A DNA stretch of 63,455 nt, the filler included, from Globobulimina sp. (lineage: Eukaryota), in assembly GCA_003354225.1 (NCBI GenBank). It is 13 parts of 13 records of this genome, joined end to end, with 100 filler letters (N's around TTAATTAATTAA, not from the genome) between each part and the next. Parts side by side here need not be neighbours in the genome. Positions count along the whole stretch, not along the records: positions 39,143 to 43,929 come from PIVH01000924.1; positions 44,030 to 48,814 come from PIVH01000925.1; positions 48,915 to 53,695 come from PIVH01000926.1; 10 more parts are not named here. The stretch is one strand, 5' to 3'. Position 1 is the stretch's first letter; each line of letters begins with the position of its first letter. Of the stretch, positions 42,101 through 53,795 are shown piece after piece. Made by a program: the position numbers and the translations under genes. The notes under the pieces were generated by a model. It saw nothing but the letters and a program-made list of their open reading frames with translations, searched no databases and had not been told where the DNA came from.

Positions 42101-43393
42101 GGTACATTCACCAGAGATTGCGTCAAGCGAATGAATACGGCGCTGGGTTATCACGACCCTTTTCCTGCCACCTATCCCCACTCTACCAAGCTCAGAGTCA
42201 ACCCCCTCATTGCCGAAGCCTGTGCGCTAACCCACAGAGACCTGCATTTCCCGGCATATATTCGGGAGAATTTTAACAACGATCCTCATAAATATTGTCC
42301 AGAGCACCATAAGCTGACTCAGTTCGTCATGGCAGATCTCCACCACACCTTCGCCAGTAACAATCTCAACGACAACCTGGATCCTCTGCTACACCGATAT
42401 CGGAATGGCTACCACTGCCAAATATGCCACAGGATCATCCCATATGTTACAGGCACCAATGACAACTCAACTGCAGCACCAAATAACCCGTTAATATATA
42501 CGTGTTTGTCCTGCCGCTATGATGTCTGTTTTAGCTGCTTCGTCAGCAATGAAACAGACCCGCAGTTGTACCCAGAAGTCAGTGCGGATCATCCGCACAA
42601 CCAACACCATTCCACCGTAATGTCGTCCCAGCTCACTGCCGACACACAACAGCTGTTGGACTCATTGCTATGCATTCCCTCCGTCCATTCCAACATCAGA
42701 TCCAACAGTGCCAACAACAGCAACTCATCCGACAAAACATGGGATCTGTGCACGAAATCCCCCATCAAATCCAACATCACCATCGACACCACCAATAACA
42801 GCAACTCCTCCGACAAAACATGGGATTTATGCACGAAGTCCCCCGTCAATGCGTCACCACATAGAAATGACTCATTTGTTGACTGGGATCTCCGCACTTT
42901 TCTTTCCCCGCCAAACCCTCCCACTCCGCCACATACCACTTCTTCCCCCATTACAGCCACACCAATTGCAAAGAAGACCCGCTCGCAACACAATCTGCGC
43001 CACATCAGATTGTCTCAGCTCAAACAAGACATTGCCACGCCCAAACGTCCAAAACCTAAACGTAAACGGCGGCCAAAACCACGGAAGATAGCGCAGCCAA
43101 AAGCGTCCCTTCCACCACCCATTCCAGCATCCACTCCAGCGCCAGACCCAAAAACCAAATCAGTTCCACTATCCAGCTCAAAATCAATCAAAACGCCAAC
43201 AGCTTATTTATCCAACCGGAGATGCATGCGATCCCAGAACAAGTTATCCCAACAGTCTCTTGCATCCATTATCCAACAACAGGAAGCTGAGAAAAAGAGA
43301 ATAAAATTGGCCAACAAACGAAGAAGAGCAGCGCTTAGAAACAAAAAGAAGGCGCAGAAACCAGCGAAGAAGAAAGACCCTCCGAAGAAGTGA
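39143..43393 (+). CDS. PLE polyprotein: reverse transcriptase + GIY-YIG endonuclease + C1/ZZ-like zinc finger + basic Pro-rich tail
   Basis: HKTHK..PFRVVTS, IKDT..F, SFDVKAMYPSL, YQKIAGIGAG..FAAQLADI, YRDDMF, VFLDSKL and SSQHP..KGI; LTCFTKNVIYSIDCKHCTRRYIG..LRNRLNEH..RESYY..LNT..GLN. Confidence 0.92.
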   Translation: MAPVSFFYEPALNFATHKTHKSPKTKAVRKSRQSNNDNSAQQSSHNQTIQNYPFRVVTSSVMAILRKLNVFETFHLLDLWNLMPHLIKDTKNFMFEVYQINKFLTHEINLNKDDFTHNVLHTIYAVFYDQFILKFDLATHTFMPLSSKENSDNEILIDELYHLIRLYKFDIDLQHLINSYINFTAHFAQFIRSTYPATKNLTVPQLKITNNILTASPTILPFKLFDYKRHQRLMLWSFDVKAMYPSLIHSFCLQVLDLYWIKYAASLPPNPSKNCIKAFLWFSIKNAISTFNGKLYQKIAGIGAGEDFAAQLADISISYVCEFLHSSRWLSNTTAGKLYYNGAYRDDMFNVGCTSYHEIEQIRNGISTLTEGIVFTSDIKCGGLVCVFLDSKLFLTPSGIQVQIFAKTTDDHAYLKTSSQHPAYQWKGIIKGVALKARCICDDYFVDEALYNYKCFMIRRDYNHVLVNQIFNETRQKTKEEALKLWFPNKPKTRYRKSSKAVRPNQDSAALPQQQLPPNVHTNKQNLKINHHLFKETNNPNFFSTLNKIKYLGYAPLSFIDDNPNLSLFIDPTLDNDEKWQLDNINCAYHKPLKSTKSAPAPKLWLVREFHQNHADFYKIAKSNHSKFIRTKPTLSLLFPLEDFKISWKKSKTIANVIAPHKFSYDPSIDDLSEDEINLTNTLRSLPGSRLSANNPSILIYQRRRFNVTNIGLWKGFMTCKHLISLNILLPNRGRKCKCNHIAAYTNSRSIKCKLTNIKRKISQRLTCFTKNVIYSIDCKHCTRRYIGKCGEGITHNRVLRNRLNEHFCGIKNLYNLLISMGFYDLANNKITLDWREKFEILFKIKTGIKALQNEQKLDENQHLTTNESRVDFLADADPLLNNRIRFVHMTKYQKMNFLITKIVKFNYNTWTGDIVHFVGLDGTNCFQHMVNHNPFSLMEAFGVELVKGPSELHIEAGLKERESYYQSALNTIYFGLNGTVDWNNFGTFTRDCVKRMNTALGYHDPFPATYPHSTKLRVNPLIAEACALTHRDLHFPAYIRENFNNDPHKYCPEHHKLTQFVMADLHHTFASNNLNDNLDPLLHRYRNGYHCQICHRIIPYVTGTNDNSTAAPNNPLIYTCLSCRYDVCFSCFVSNETDPQLYPEVSADHPHNQHHSTVMSSQLTADTQQLLDSLLCIPSVHSNIRSNSANNSNSSDKTWDLCTKSPIKSNITIDTTNNSNSSDKTWDLCTKSPVNASPHRNDSFVDWDLRTFLSPPNPPTPPHTTSSPITATPIAKKTRSQHNLRHIRLSQLKQDIATPKRPKPKRKRRPKPRKIAQPKASLPPPIPASTPAPDPKTKSVPLSSSKSIKTPTAYLSNRRCMRSQNKLSQQSLASIIQQQEAEKKRIKLANKRRRAALRNKKKAQKPAKKKDPPKK
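42711..42849 (+). repeat. Imperfect coding direct repeat, 81-nt period (NNSNSSDKTWDLCTKSP x2)
   Basis: 42711-42768 versus 42792-42849. Confidence 0.9.
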
Positions 43394-43705
43394 TACCTTG
43401 GGCCCCATGTTATTTGTCCATATATTAATTTTATCATTATGTATCTATCATTATTGTGCATTTCTTATTTCCTATAACCTAATCATAGATTTATCCTCCA
43501 ACACATATTATTTTTTCATCTTTCTCCCTTTTCTTTCATTCACAATAATGACTGATTAGGTGTAATATTGATGTTATTTATTTTATCATATTCATTCATT
43601 TGTGTTGATTTGCAAACCTATTTTCTTTTTATTATTTAGATTTAGATTGTGTTTGTGCTTAGAAGTTTTTTGAAGTTGTTTTCAAAACACAACTTTTTTT
43701 AAATT

Positions 43706-43749
43706 TAACTCTGAAGAAGACCTCCATAATGAGGTCGAAACGTTAGTTA
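43706..43749 (+). ncRNA. Minimal type I hammerhead ribozyme (PLE-associated)
   Basis: TAACT-CTGAAGA-A-GACCTC-CATAAT-GAGGTC-GAA-ACGT-T-AGTTA: helix I TAACT/AGTTA, CUGANGA core, 6-bp helix II, GAAA, palindromic helix III and a GUU site. Confidence 0.88.
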
Positions 43750-44206
43750 TTGTAACCTTAGATAGTTCGATCGACTCCTTAGGAAAACCCTCTTCAATAA
43801 TAATAAAAATAGTGTTATAAAATATGGTTATAAAATAATTGTCATTTTTTTTCAGAGTGGTCATGGTCACAATGGATTAATTTCGACTTTTTCATCAAAT
43901 AAATTTAAATCATTTACAAATAGGTTCCGNNNNNNNNNNNNNNNNNNNNNNNNNNNNNNNNNNNNNNNNNNNNTTAATTAATTAANNNNNNNNNNNNNNN
44001 NNNNNNNNNNNNNNNNNNNNNNNNNNNNNGACCAGACCCCATTATATACCTTTCATTATTTGTTTATGCAACCTTTTTCCAATTATAATGTCCAACATTT
44101 TAGCAATTTATTTGAACGGATTGGTTGCAATTGTTTCCACAGACTCATATTTTGTGGATTTAAACGAAAATATATTGCTTAGACACACACACAATTTATC
44201 TATGCA

Positions 44207-44520
44207 TTGGATCGTATGACATTGGACGACATAAACATGCAATGGATGAATGAACAGGACATCAACATCGAGAGAGACGTAAAAATATGGAAATGGAAGA
44301 CATTGGACACTTATCTTGATCCGAATGCCAGTGATGAAACTTTAACGGATGTGGATGAATGGTTTTTTATTGGTTTTTATCAAAGGAATTACCGCCGAAC
44401 CTGGCTACTGTTGGAAAGATGCGAAATATAATAAGTATGACATTTGCATCCAAGAGATGTGCTTATTGTGCATCGCTCCTTTGATCTGTTGATAGGAATA
44501 CACGGCGCCCACTTATCAAA
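44207..44520 (+). pseudogene. Degraded glycosyltransferase family 61-like fragment
   Basis: FYQRNYRR and downstream FDLLIGIHGAHL (GT61 G-x-H-G-A-x-L motif), broken by stops or frameshifts. Confidence 0.4.
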
Positions 44521-44618
44521 ACAAAAAATGCATCATTACATTTGCTCGAATATCTTAAAAAACTTTGTAGCACGTTTTTGTGGCACAAGGATATATTCTT
44601 AAGCAATTATAATTAACA

Positions 44619-46515
44619 ATGACTCTTTTCCAAGCATTTTTTGTGTTAATCGGGTTCGCATATGCAGCTAATCCGAATATTGTGTTCATTTTAGTCGATG
44701 ATTTAGGATTTGGCGATGTGAACTTCAATCGAGAGACAGCCGATACTGAAACTAAAACACCAAATATGGACAATCTTGCAATGAATGAAGGTTTACATTT
44801 AATGAGACATTATGTACATTTTACATGTACGCCAACAAGATCAAGCTTTCAAAGTTTAGTATTTAAATTCTATACAGTTTCCATTACATATATATAAGTA
44901 TAACATATTAAGGTGGCAGACTTCCTGTTCATGTTCAAATGACATTGTTAAACCCGGACGCTCCAAATGCAGGAATCCCAAGAAATATGACTGCCATTGC
45001 CACAAAGATGCAATCCGCAGGATATCAGACCCATATTGTTGGTAAGTGATATATGTCATTTTGATGTTCTCTTTTTTTGTGATATATCATGGATGCCATT
45101 TTAATGCAATTCAAGGCAAATGGGATTGTGGAATGGCTACATTTGATCACACGCCGCGTGGTCGAGGATACAATTCATCATTGATTTATTTTGAACACAA
45201 AAACGATTATTGGACGCAAATTCAAATGCAATCTGGCTGCTTGAGCACTGTCCCAAACATTGTTGATTTATGGATGAATAACGAACCCGCACTTGGTTTG
45301 AATGGAACAATGTATGAAGAATATTTATTTGCAAATAAAGTCTATTCATTAATTGATACATTTGCTGGAACCGCAGCTCAGAATCCATTCTTTATGGTTT
45401 ATACCCCTCATATTGGTATTTTGTATTTTTATTTGATATTAAAATGTTTACTTTTATAATATGACAATCAGCTCACTGTCCATTACAAATTCCTAAAATC
45501 GATTTGGATCCATTCAATTTTACTGATGACTAAAATGTTTGTCAAGCTCAAACAAAGTATGTTTATCCGGGTTTTGCGGATGGTTCGAAATTTCAATGTC
45601 GCTCCATTTATCATGCAATGGTGGCTGAGTTGGATGTAATTATCGGAAATATCACCGATAGATTGAAAGCAAAAGGTTTATGGCAAAATAGTTTGCTGGT
45701 TTTTTCCAGCGACAATGGAGGACCCATCGACGTGCACGAATCGGGCGCTAACAACCATCCACTACGGGGATCTAAGTATAGTCCCTGGGAAGGAGGGATA
45801 AGAGCGGCTGGTACGTTGTTTATAGATATATATCTATTTAATTTGATATCGAATATATTAATACAACAAAGCATTTGTAAGTGGTGGATATTTGCCTCAA
45901 TCCAGGAGAGGACAGAAAGAGTATGGTATGATGCATATCGCTGATTGGTATTATACGTTTTGCAAAATGGTAGGCATTGACCCCACCGATGATAAAGCGG
46001 CTGAATATAAATTACCGCCAATTGACGGGGTGGATTTATGGCCATTGATAAGCGGAGCAAATGGGACATCGCCACGAAGACAGCTACCGATTGCTAACAA
46101 TGCATTGATTGACAATGGATATAAATATTTAAAAGGGAATATATCATTTGCCAGTTGGACTGGTGAACATTTTCCAAATTCATCATCACAAGGAAATAAT
46201 GTGAAAAATACTTATATGGATTGTGTGGCAAATGCGTGCTTATTTGATGTGGTGAATGATATGACGGAACATGAAAACATAGCGCGCAGTCATCCGGATA
46301 TTGTGAATTCGATGGAAGCAGAACTTGCAACTTTGAAGAAAGATTTTTACTCAAATGATGAATTGGGAGAAGATTCGTGCCCTCAAAATATTACAATTAA
46401 ATGTGCGTGCTGGATGGCAGAGAATTATTGGAATGGGTTCTTTGGTCCATATCAATACATGAATATCAGTGATATTAAAAATAGCAAAATAAGAAAAAAA
46501 GGTGAAAAAATGTAG
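44619..46515 (+). CDS. Arylsulfatase B-like secreted sulfatase, multi-exon, with in-frame TAA at 45531-45533 (possible pseudogene)
   Basis: Signal peptide, PNIVFILVDDLG, CTPTRSSFQSGR, GKWD.G, HCPLQ, FSSDNGG, NHPLRGSKYSPWEGGIR, MHIADWY and DGVDLWP. Confidence 0.88.
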
Positions 46516-47032
46516 AATTAAGTTTTTTGATTTAATTTATTAACAAACCAACATTTAGACAAAACTTTTTACTCGAATTTCAAAAATATAATGACTTGGT
46601 CCACACAAAAGTGGTGATGGAATGTTAATTGGTATTCAATCAAACTGGAATGTTTATGCTGATTATGATAAGATAGATTATGGATATTATAAATTGCAGC
46701 ATTGATAATTTGTCGTCGTTACGCCTTGCCAGTATGTTCAAAGTACTTCAAAGTAGATGGTCAAATTATGCTGTTTTTCACAACTGTGTAATGATGTCGT
46801 TGTGACACAATTATATAACTATTTTGTAATTTATGTATTCCTTTTGTTTGTTTTTTTGTACTTCTTTGTAAAGAGGAGCTATTTTCTTTTCCCTGCTGAC
46901 CAATTTGGTTTGTCATATGGACAGGAAATGAAATTATGCTGATTACATTTTAGTATTTAATTATTACGTTTATAAATTTAATTCAATTCAATGCAACTAT
47001 TTAGTAACTGTTTTAAAACAAAAACAATCATA

Positions 47033-48288
47033 TCAGAAGCACGAGGAAAAGGAAGTTTTTCGATTTAATAAACACCTAAAGAAGTGGAGTACTTTCAAAC
47101 AACATAAAGATACTCTACTTCTTAAGGATGCAGTGGTTACTACAGTGACTGGGGCAGCACATACAGTCGTAAATCCATTTGGATCGCGTATTTCAAAGGA
47201 AACACCAACATCTGAGCCAACTAATGAGAATGCAGTAACCTCAATTCCTACCTTATATGAAATGGGGTTCCAACCAGATGATATATCAACAGATTGAGAA
47301 TCTCCAGGTGTCAAAATTGCGGTTATTTCACTTGTAGAGTTTGCAATGGCAATGACATTAATATCTAATGACGATACATTAACTAAATTCGAACTTACGT
47401 CAAATAAAATGGTTACTTCTCCGCCAACCTCTACTTCGAATGGTGCAGTTGGAACATTACCACAAAGGGGCGGTTCACCATCAATACCCTCCATAACAAA
47501 ATCAACCGCAGTTCGATCCATTTCAACACCGGCTGCATTTTCTGTATATAAAAAAATTTGTGTGGCCCATTTACTGCCATGTTCAACGAGTTTGCCTTTG
47601 AAGTAGGCGCCGCGTGATGGCAAAGTACCTGTTAATACACAATCCTCTGAAATGCCTAATAAATTACAGACAACACATTTAGTTTTTTAATTTCAAAAAT
47701 ATTTATAACTTAACTGAAATGATCAGTGTTATCCAGTCCACGTATACCAGAAAGGGTGTCTGTTGATTTCTTGCATTTTACTACATCTCCATCAGCATCA
47801 AAGGTTTGCAATGTCATTTCGTGTGGAACACCTAATGGAAATTGTAGATTTGGTGAAAGTGAAACTTGGGGTCCATTCTGACTACTTTTTGTAAGATCAA
47901 TTCTTGTTTCTACTCGAAAGACATCACCCGCGCCTAACATTAAACTTGAAGGTCTGTCGTGTAACATTACTGAATATGCTGTATATACATCATAAGATGA
48001 ATATGTATGTGTCCAGGTCGCTTCATATAATTCCCAACCTTGACCCAATACGTCATGACCAGATGCTACGAGTACTCGTCCTCCACTTACCTTGGTACCA
48101 TCGCCCAAATCGTTCTCGCGGACTGTGTTGGACTCGGAGGAGCTCCATCCGATGGTTCGTGTGAGTTTAATTGTTTTATCGGAGCGCGACCATGAATAGG
48201 TACAGCCTCTAAAATGACCTGAATCTGAATGTGATAATATCAATAAATTCAACACTATAAATGATGCGCTAAAAAGTAAATTCTGCAT
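47033..48288 (-). CDS. Secreted/surface protein with HFRG N-terminal motif (two exons)
   Basis: Signal peptide then GHFRGCTYSW and DADGDVVKC; beta-rich. An intron of about 47630-47715 is inferred. Confidence 0.55.
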
Positions 48289-48914
48289 CTTTAATTTAAT
48301 TATTGTAGTTATTGAAAGTGTTGAATTAATTTAATTATTGTAGTTATTGAAAGGAGCAAAGAGATTTGGAAACTATATTTAGAGACTATTTTTATTGGCT
48401 GCTGACAAATATGGAAAAAACCTATATTTTCATAATTAAACAGCTGCTTTTATCTGACTCAGCAATATATTTCTGCGATATACATATTAACACAAATGGA
48501 GAAGATTTTGCTATTATGTTCGTAATGAGGATTTTGATGATATTGAGAATGAGAATCATGGGCTTGAGAGTTGAGAGTACAATATGTAAACAATAATAAT
48601 AATAGCAATATTGTCCATATTATGAAAATATATGTGAGAACAATCAAAGTCTCAAGAATTTGCCTTCTCCGCAGACATTAATAGAGCCTCGAAAGTATTT
48701 GGTGATGATATGCCAAATCTGAAACATTCACTACCTATTTACTTAAACGTGTTGAATGTAACAATATGGAATGAGCAACAACGCGAATATGAAAAAGCAG
48801 ACTGTCGCTACCACNNNNNNNNNNNNNNNNNNNNNNNNNNNNNNNNNNNNNNNNNNNNTTAATTAATTAANNNNNNNNNNNNNNNNNNNNNNNNNNNNNN
48901 NNNNNNNNNNNNNN

Positions 48915-51900
48915 TGAGCTACGCGTTGTTTCAATGCCTTCTCCATCTGAACATCGCTCATTTGTGTGGACGATTTAACACAACATTTGCGTGAGTCATC
49001 CGATTTGTTGCTGTCTAATTCCATAACTGGAGCTACTGTGGTCGCTACTCTTTGCAATGCATTTTTAGAATAACCATATGCATATTTCTCGTCATGGTAT
49101 GGCTGTTCGTAGAGCGTTACATAATAACTCAAAGCCACTTTAACGGTGTTACACATGATATGTTCCCCTGCGTCCGCTGACAATTCCATTTTTAGAGCAA
49201 TGTCTGATACGGACGGATTAAAATTAAATATCTCAGCATTGGCTGGTAAGTCAATAATTGGTGTTTTATGTCTGATTAATGTTTGTTTGGTGAATTTATG
49301 TAATATTATTTTATTCCAACGGACAGTATCATAATGTTTGGGATGTATCATTCCTTTTTGTTTGCGTAGTGTCCAAAGTGGAGAAATGTCTAAATATATA
49401 ATCCCCATTATTCTGTCAGGATTATTAGTTGTTTCCTGTTGATCACTTTCTTCATTGTTTATTAAAATGTCTTCGAATGTGATACGGACAGTTTCCAAGC
49501 CAATGGTGGTCGGCAAAGGAATATCAAATATAACGCGATTCTCATTGGGTCGTACATGAACCGTATCAATTTCAACCGCCTGCGGTCTAAATCTGTCATA
49601 CGTATCCTGCATCAAATGAATATATTTATTGAATTGATGGAACATTTTCCATTTCTTACGCAATAAACCATCCATTTCTTGCATCAGCTCATACTGTTCA
49701 GAGGATAATCGAATAGATTTTGCGGGAGTCGATACAATATATTCTAATAAATCAATATGTTTTTGCGTCATAATCTGTGCCGATACATGCCAATATTTAT
49801 CATCTTCTTCGCTTTGGCCCATTGCACTGTTATATATTTCTTTTATTTCTCCATCATTCGCTGCATTATCCATATTATCATAATCATTATAGGTTAATAT
49901 ATAAATATTATTATCCTTTTTAAATTTTGTTCTCATATTAATATTATTACCGTTGGTTTGTTCAATAATATCATCGAACAAAGTCAATAGAAATAGCTCA
50001 ATCTGATGATGGAAACACATAAAACATTCCGCTAAACGGAAACTTAATTGCAGCGCCGATTCAATATTGCCATCATTTATCACCAACTGAAATTTCTTAT
50101 TTTCAAAATATTTTTTCGTCGTTTTCGCAAAGAATCGTTGCATAGAATCTTTCCTTGAATTAATAGAATTAATCTCGACAGCATTTACTTGGAAATTGAA
50201 ATCAACATTGCCCTGTTCGTTGGCATCATAACCACGCTCAACATTATCTATCTGAACCTCAAAGTCATTGTCATCCTCGTTTTCCTGTATTTCATTAAAT
50301 TGGAACAATACATTACACTCTGTCTTATCCTCCGCGTCCATCAAATATGTGTTATCGTTAAATATCGCTCTGCTCGAATACCATAATAACATAAATGCCG
50401 ATTTTAAATAAGATTTATCATTCAAACTCAACGCAGTTTTTAGTCGATAATACATGATATAAAATATAAAATTCCGCGATGATTTATCCAATCCAAATAA
50501 AACCAAGCCACAGTAAAATTTTCTTAATGCAAAAAGCACACCGAGCCGTATCATAGCTGCTTTCACAAAATTGACATTGTAATGTCCACCGAAGCGCGAA
50601 TCCAATAAATAAGTCGTTATATCAAAATCGCCGCATTCTAAGAAGGTTTTTGTGATCGCTGATAAGTTTGCGGGCGAATATGATAAATATCGGATGTCAG
50701 TGTTATTAAATATTAATTCGTACCAATTTATGGTAGAAGCGTCAATATTGATCCTCCCATTACATGCTCGGAATAAATCAGCAATAGAATATAAATCAAT
50801 ATCTTTACAGCAATGAGAGCCTAATTTAATGGTCCATAAGTTTTCTGTTTTTGTGATGAGAGTTTTGGACATTTTCCATTTTTCTGCAGTGATTTTTGGT
50901 AAAACTGTTAATTGTTCAGCTAAATTCCGGACACTTTCATTCGTAAAAATATAATCTACATTGTAGACAACGCCACAAGTGGTACTTCTAATATTTTCAT
51001 AATTGTATGTTTTCATAGCCATCATTTTTGCGTTAATTTGTTGTTTTTTCAGTTGTTTTGGATCCTGCGCTTTTTTTGAATCATTTTTCGAAATACTATG
51101 TATGGAATGAAATAAGTTGGAATATGGAATCCATTTTAAGCGAGCACCTAAACAAATAATTGAATAATGATAAAATGAGAGATAACACGCACGGCTGTCA
51201 AGGCTGATTATGATGGCTTCAAATATTAAATGAAATATTGCGATGCCGATTGAAATCATCAAATTTGTAGTATCCACGCCGGTGACCTCATTTTGTGATT
51301 CTTGCAATATTCGCAATTGCAGGAAAATCTGCGGAATCGTTTCGAATGTTAACTTTTTTTTTTTAGTTATAATAAATTAACAAATCGCAAAATGAATTAA
51401 TTGAATAAAATGTACCTGGGATAAAGTTCTGAGCCTTTGTTGTATGTAATTAATTAACAAGAAATGTCGAAATTGCATAAAACATACCTGCGATATCCAA
51501 TGATTTGCATCCTGGACAAATTAAATAACTTTTTAAATATATAATCGTCGATAAAATCTTTAATATCAATATATCCGCAAGAGATAAAAAAGAAAAGTGT
51601 GGATAAAATAACATAAAACATAAACGACACATCAATTAATATAAAATATATGATGCAAACTGGAGTCATAAAAAAAATTCCAATTAAAAACCTAATAAAA
51701 GATGATACATTTTTGTTTGAACTTTTCTTTTGAAATAACGTAATTAATACAGAATATGAAACTAAATATGGACTGCAACAGAAATTATACAAACAATTAT
51801 AAAAATATATTTGTATATTACATACCAAATGGTTGCAAAGACCATCAATGTGGTCCATACGACATGTTTTGCTCTGTATAACTCCACCAAAACAATTGCA

Positions 51901-53588
51901 TCAGTGATTAAATCCATAGATGATAAAGATTCGACAGTTAAACCATACACCAAATCAATCCAATTTGTTCTCTTCTTATTATTACCATCTAATTGTTTTT
52001 GTTGATTTGCATCGCCGTCATTCACTAATTTTATAGTTTTAGCGGTCTGTATTCTATCATTACTATCCACCGACATATTTTTAATAAGATCCATATCGTC
52101 CTCAGAAGACATAACAATCATTTTCGGTTTATTCGACATTTTATTTTGTTCGTCATACTTATAATCATCATATACATGATCGTCATGCGCTGATTTTTGT
52201 TCTTGTCGTTTCTGTCTGATTCCCTCTCTTATTTGTCGGGGAAGTAATAATTTTTGACCTACCTGTTGTTCCTCTAATATTTCTAATCTTTGTTGCTGCG
52301 TTTCATTCATACGACATTGCCATTGATTATCCTCCTTACACAGATATTGTATTTGTTGAATTAACTTCAACTCCAAACATTCACTGATCAGTTTGCTTTG
52401 AATCAAATCATTATCATTTATAAATATATCAAATATGGCTTTCAATTTTGATGTATAATGATCAGTTTCACTATTTTCATTTTTCTGATCCATAAATTGT
52501 ATGCTGAACGTAACTAAATCAAGAACAGAATTTATAATAGAATCTATATGAGAATCAATACAAAATTGTTTGATGGACGCATCGAAATCAATTAAACATT
52601 GAATAGTATCAATCTGCAACGCATTTAATGAAAAAGCTAGTGATGTCGGAACAAAATCGTCTTTGTTCTTCTGCTGGAGCCAATTATTATGTTTCAATGG
52701 CAATAAATATTTCAATAGTCTGAGAAAGAATGTCTTTGTGCTTTGTTTGCGAGACCATCCAGCATTTTTTATTAAAAAATGAAGCGGATTATTTCTATGT
52801 TCATCTTTAATGCCATCCAAATCAATATAACATTGCCCGCAAATATTTAAAATAATATCTAAGTATCGATTTGTTACCATTTCGTCCATATTATCTCTTT
52901 TAACCAATTGCAGAAACAACGATGGTAATATTGTAATTTCATACGACTGCAATCGCGCTTTGTAGTCATTGCAGAGTTTCAACGCTAACTCAAAGTCTTT
53001 TAAATTAATTAAAACAAAAGCTAATGGGGATAAACCATCGCTGTTCAAAGGATAATTACTGTGAGCATTCCCATACAAAATTAACATTTCATATAAATAT
53101 TTTTTCAATTTATTTTTTTCTGCCGTCGCAGCTTCACTTTGTTTATTTTGCTCTCTCTGCTTTTTTTCATCGTGATATTGATTTAATGCAAGATATAACG
53201 GCGAATATCCTTTGATATCATAATAATTCATATTGATATGAATATTTTTTTTATTGCAATATTTAAAGATCAATAATAAACCTCGATAATCTTTATGTTT
53301 TATGAATAAATGAACAATGCTTTCACCGGTTTCATTGGTTAAATTAATGTCAATATCACTATGTTTTAGCAATGCAACTAATATTTTTTTATTTGGATCA
53401 TAGCCTGATTTATAAATTGCATTCAAAATTGGTTCGTTATCCAGTCGGGCATTAGTTATATTTGATATATCTTTGCCGTGTTTGATACTGAATAAAATAG
53501 CTTGTTTCCAGTCAATTAACCGGTCAATATCTGTAAAGCCTTTCATGTCAAAATTAATATGTTTCAAATAGATTGTTGATATTACCAA
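48915..53588 (-). CDS. Large multi-exon protein: ankyrin repeats + XK-like multi-TM region + long C-terminal cytosolic domain (ends incomplete)
   Basis: Ankyrin motifs GESIVHL, GYSPLYLA, GLSPLAFV and NNPLHFL; TM region SMDLITDAIVLVELY ... LTFETIPQIFLQLRI; short introns between ORFs. Confidence 0.7.
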
Positions 53589-53795
53589 TGGTTTCTTGAG
53601 ATAAAATAAGATTGGGTTTCATCAATAATTTTGGTCATAGCACCAATACTTCCTTTTGTTTTTCGTTGTTGAGTGTTTCAAAAAACGGACAAGGGNNNNN
53701 NNNNNNNNNNNNNNNNNNNNNNNNNNNNNNNNNNNNNNNTTAATTAATTAANNNNNNNNNNNNNNNNNNNNNNNNNNNNNNNNNNNNNNNNNNNN

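Larger units (their letters stand above)
39143..43929 (+). mobile_element. Penelope-like retroelement (Neptune-like), 5' truncated by contig edge
   Basis: RT plus C-terminal GIY-YIG ORF, visibly more C-rich than host genes, followed by an AT-rich 3' region containing a hammerhead ribozyme motif. Confidence 0.92.

Noticed and set aside
43391-43393. Selenocysteine recoding in the PLE, as in some Naiad elements
   Set aside because: The only in-frame TGA is terminal, after a low-complexity tail, and is followed by AT-rich non-coding sequence.
34254-43929. Orphan ORF, inverted repeat and PLE as one large bidirectional element
   Set aside because: They lie on different contigs that are adjacent only because of length sorting.
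45531-45533. Stop-codon reassignment (TAA read as Glu or Gln)
   Set aside because: TAA ends conserved genes here (Ub-L40, G-alpha, the papain-like gene), and long ORFs have no internal TAA.
45478-45546. A 69-nt GT-AG intron that would remove the sulfatase stop codon
   Set aside because: The donor (GTCCAT) is non-consensus and splicing would delete the conserved H-x-P-L-Q motif.
48291-48353. 28-nt direct repeat upstream of the HFRG-protein start
   Set aside because: Two AT-rich copies only; a simple local duplication.
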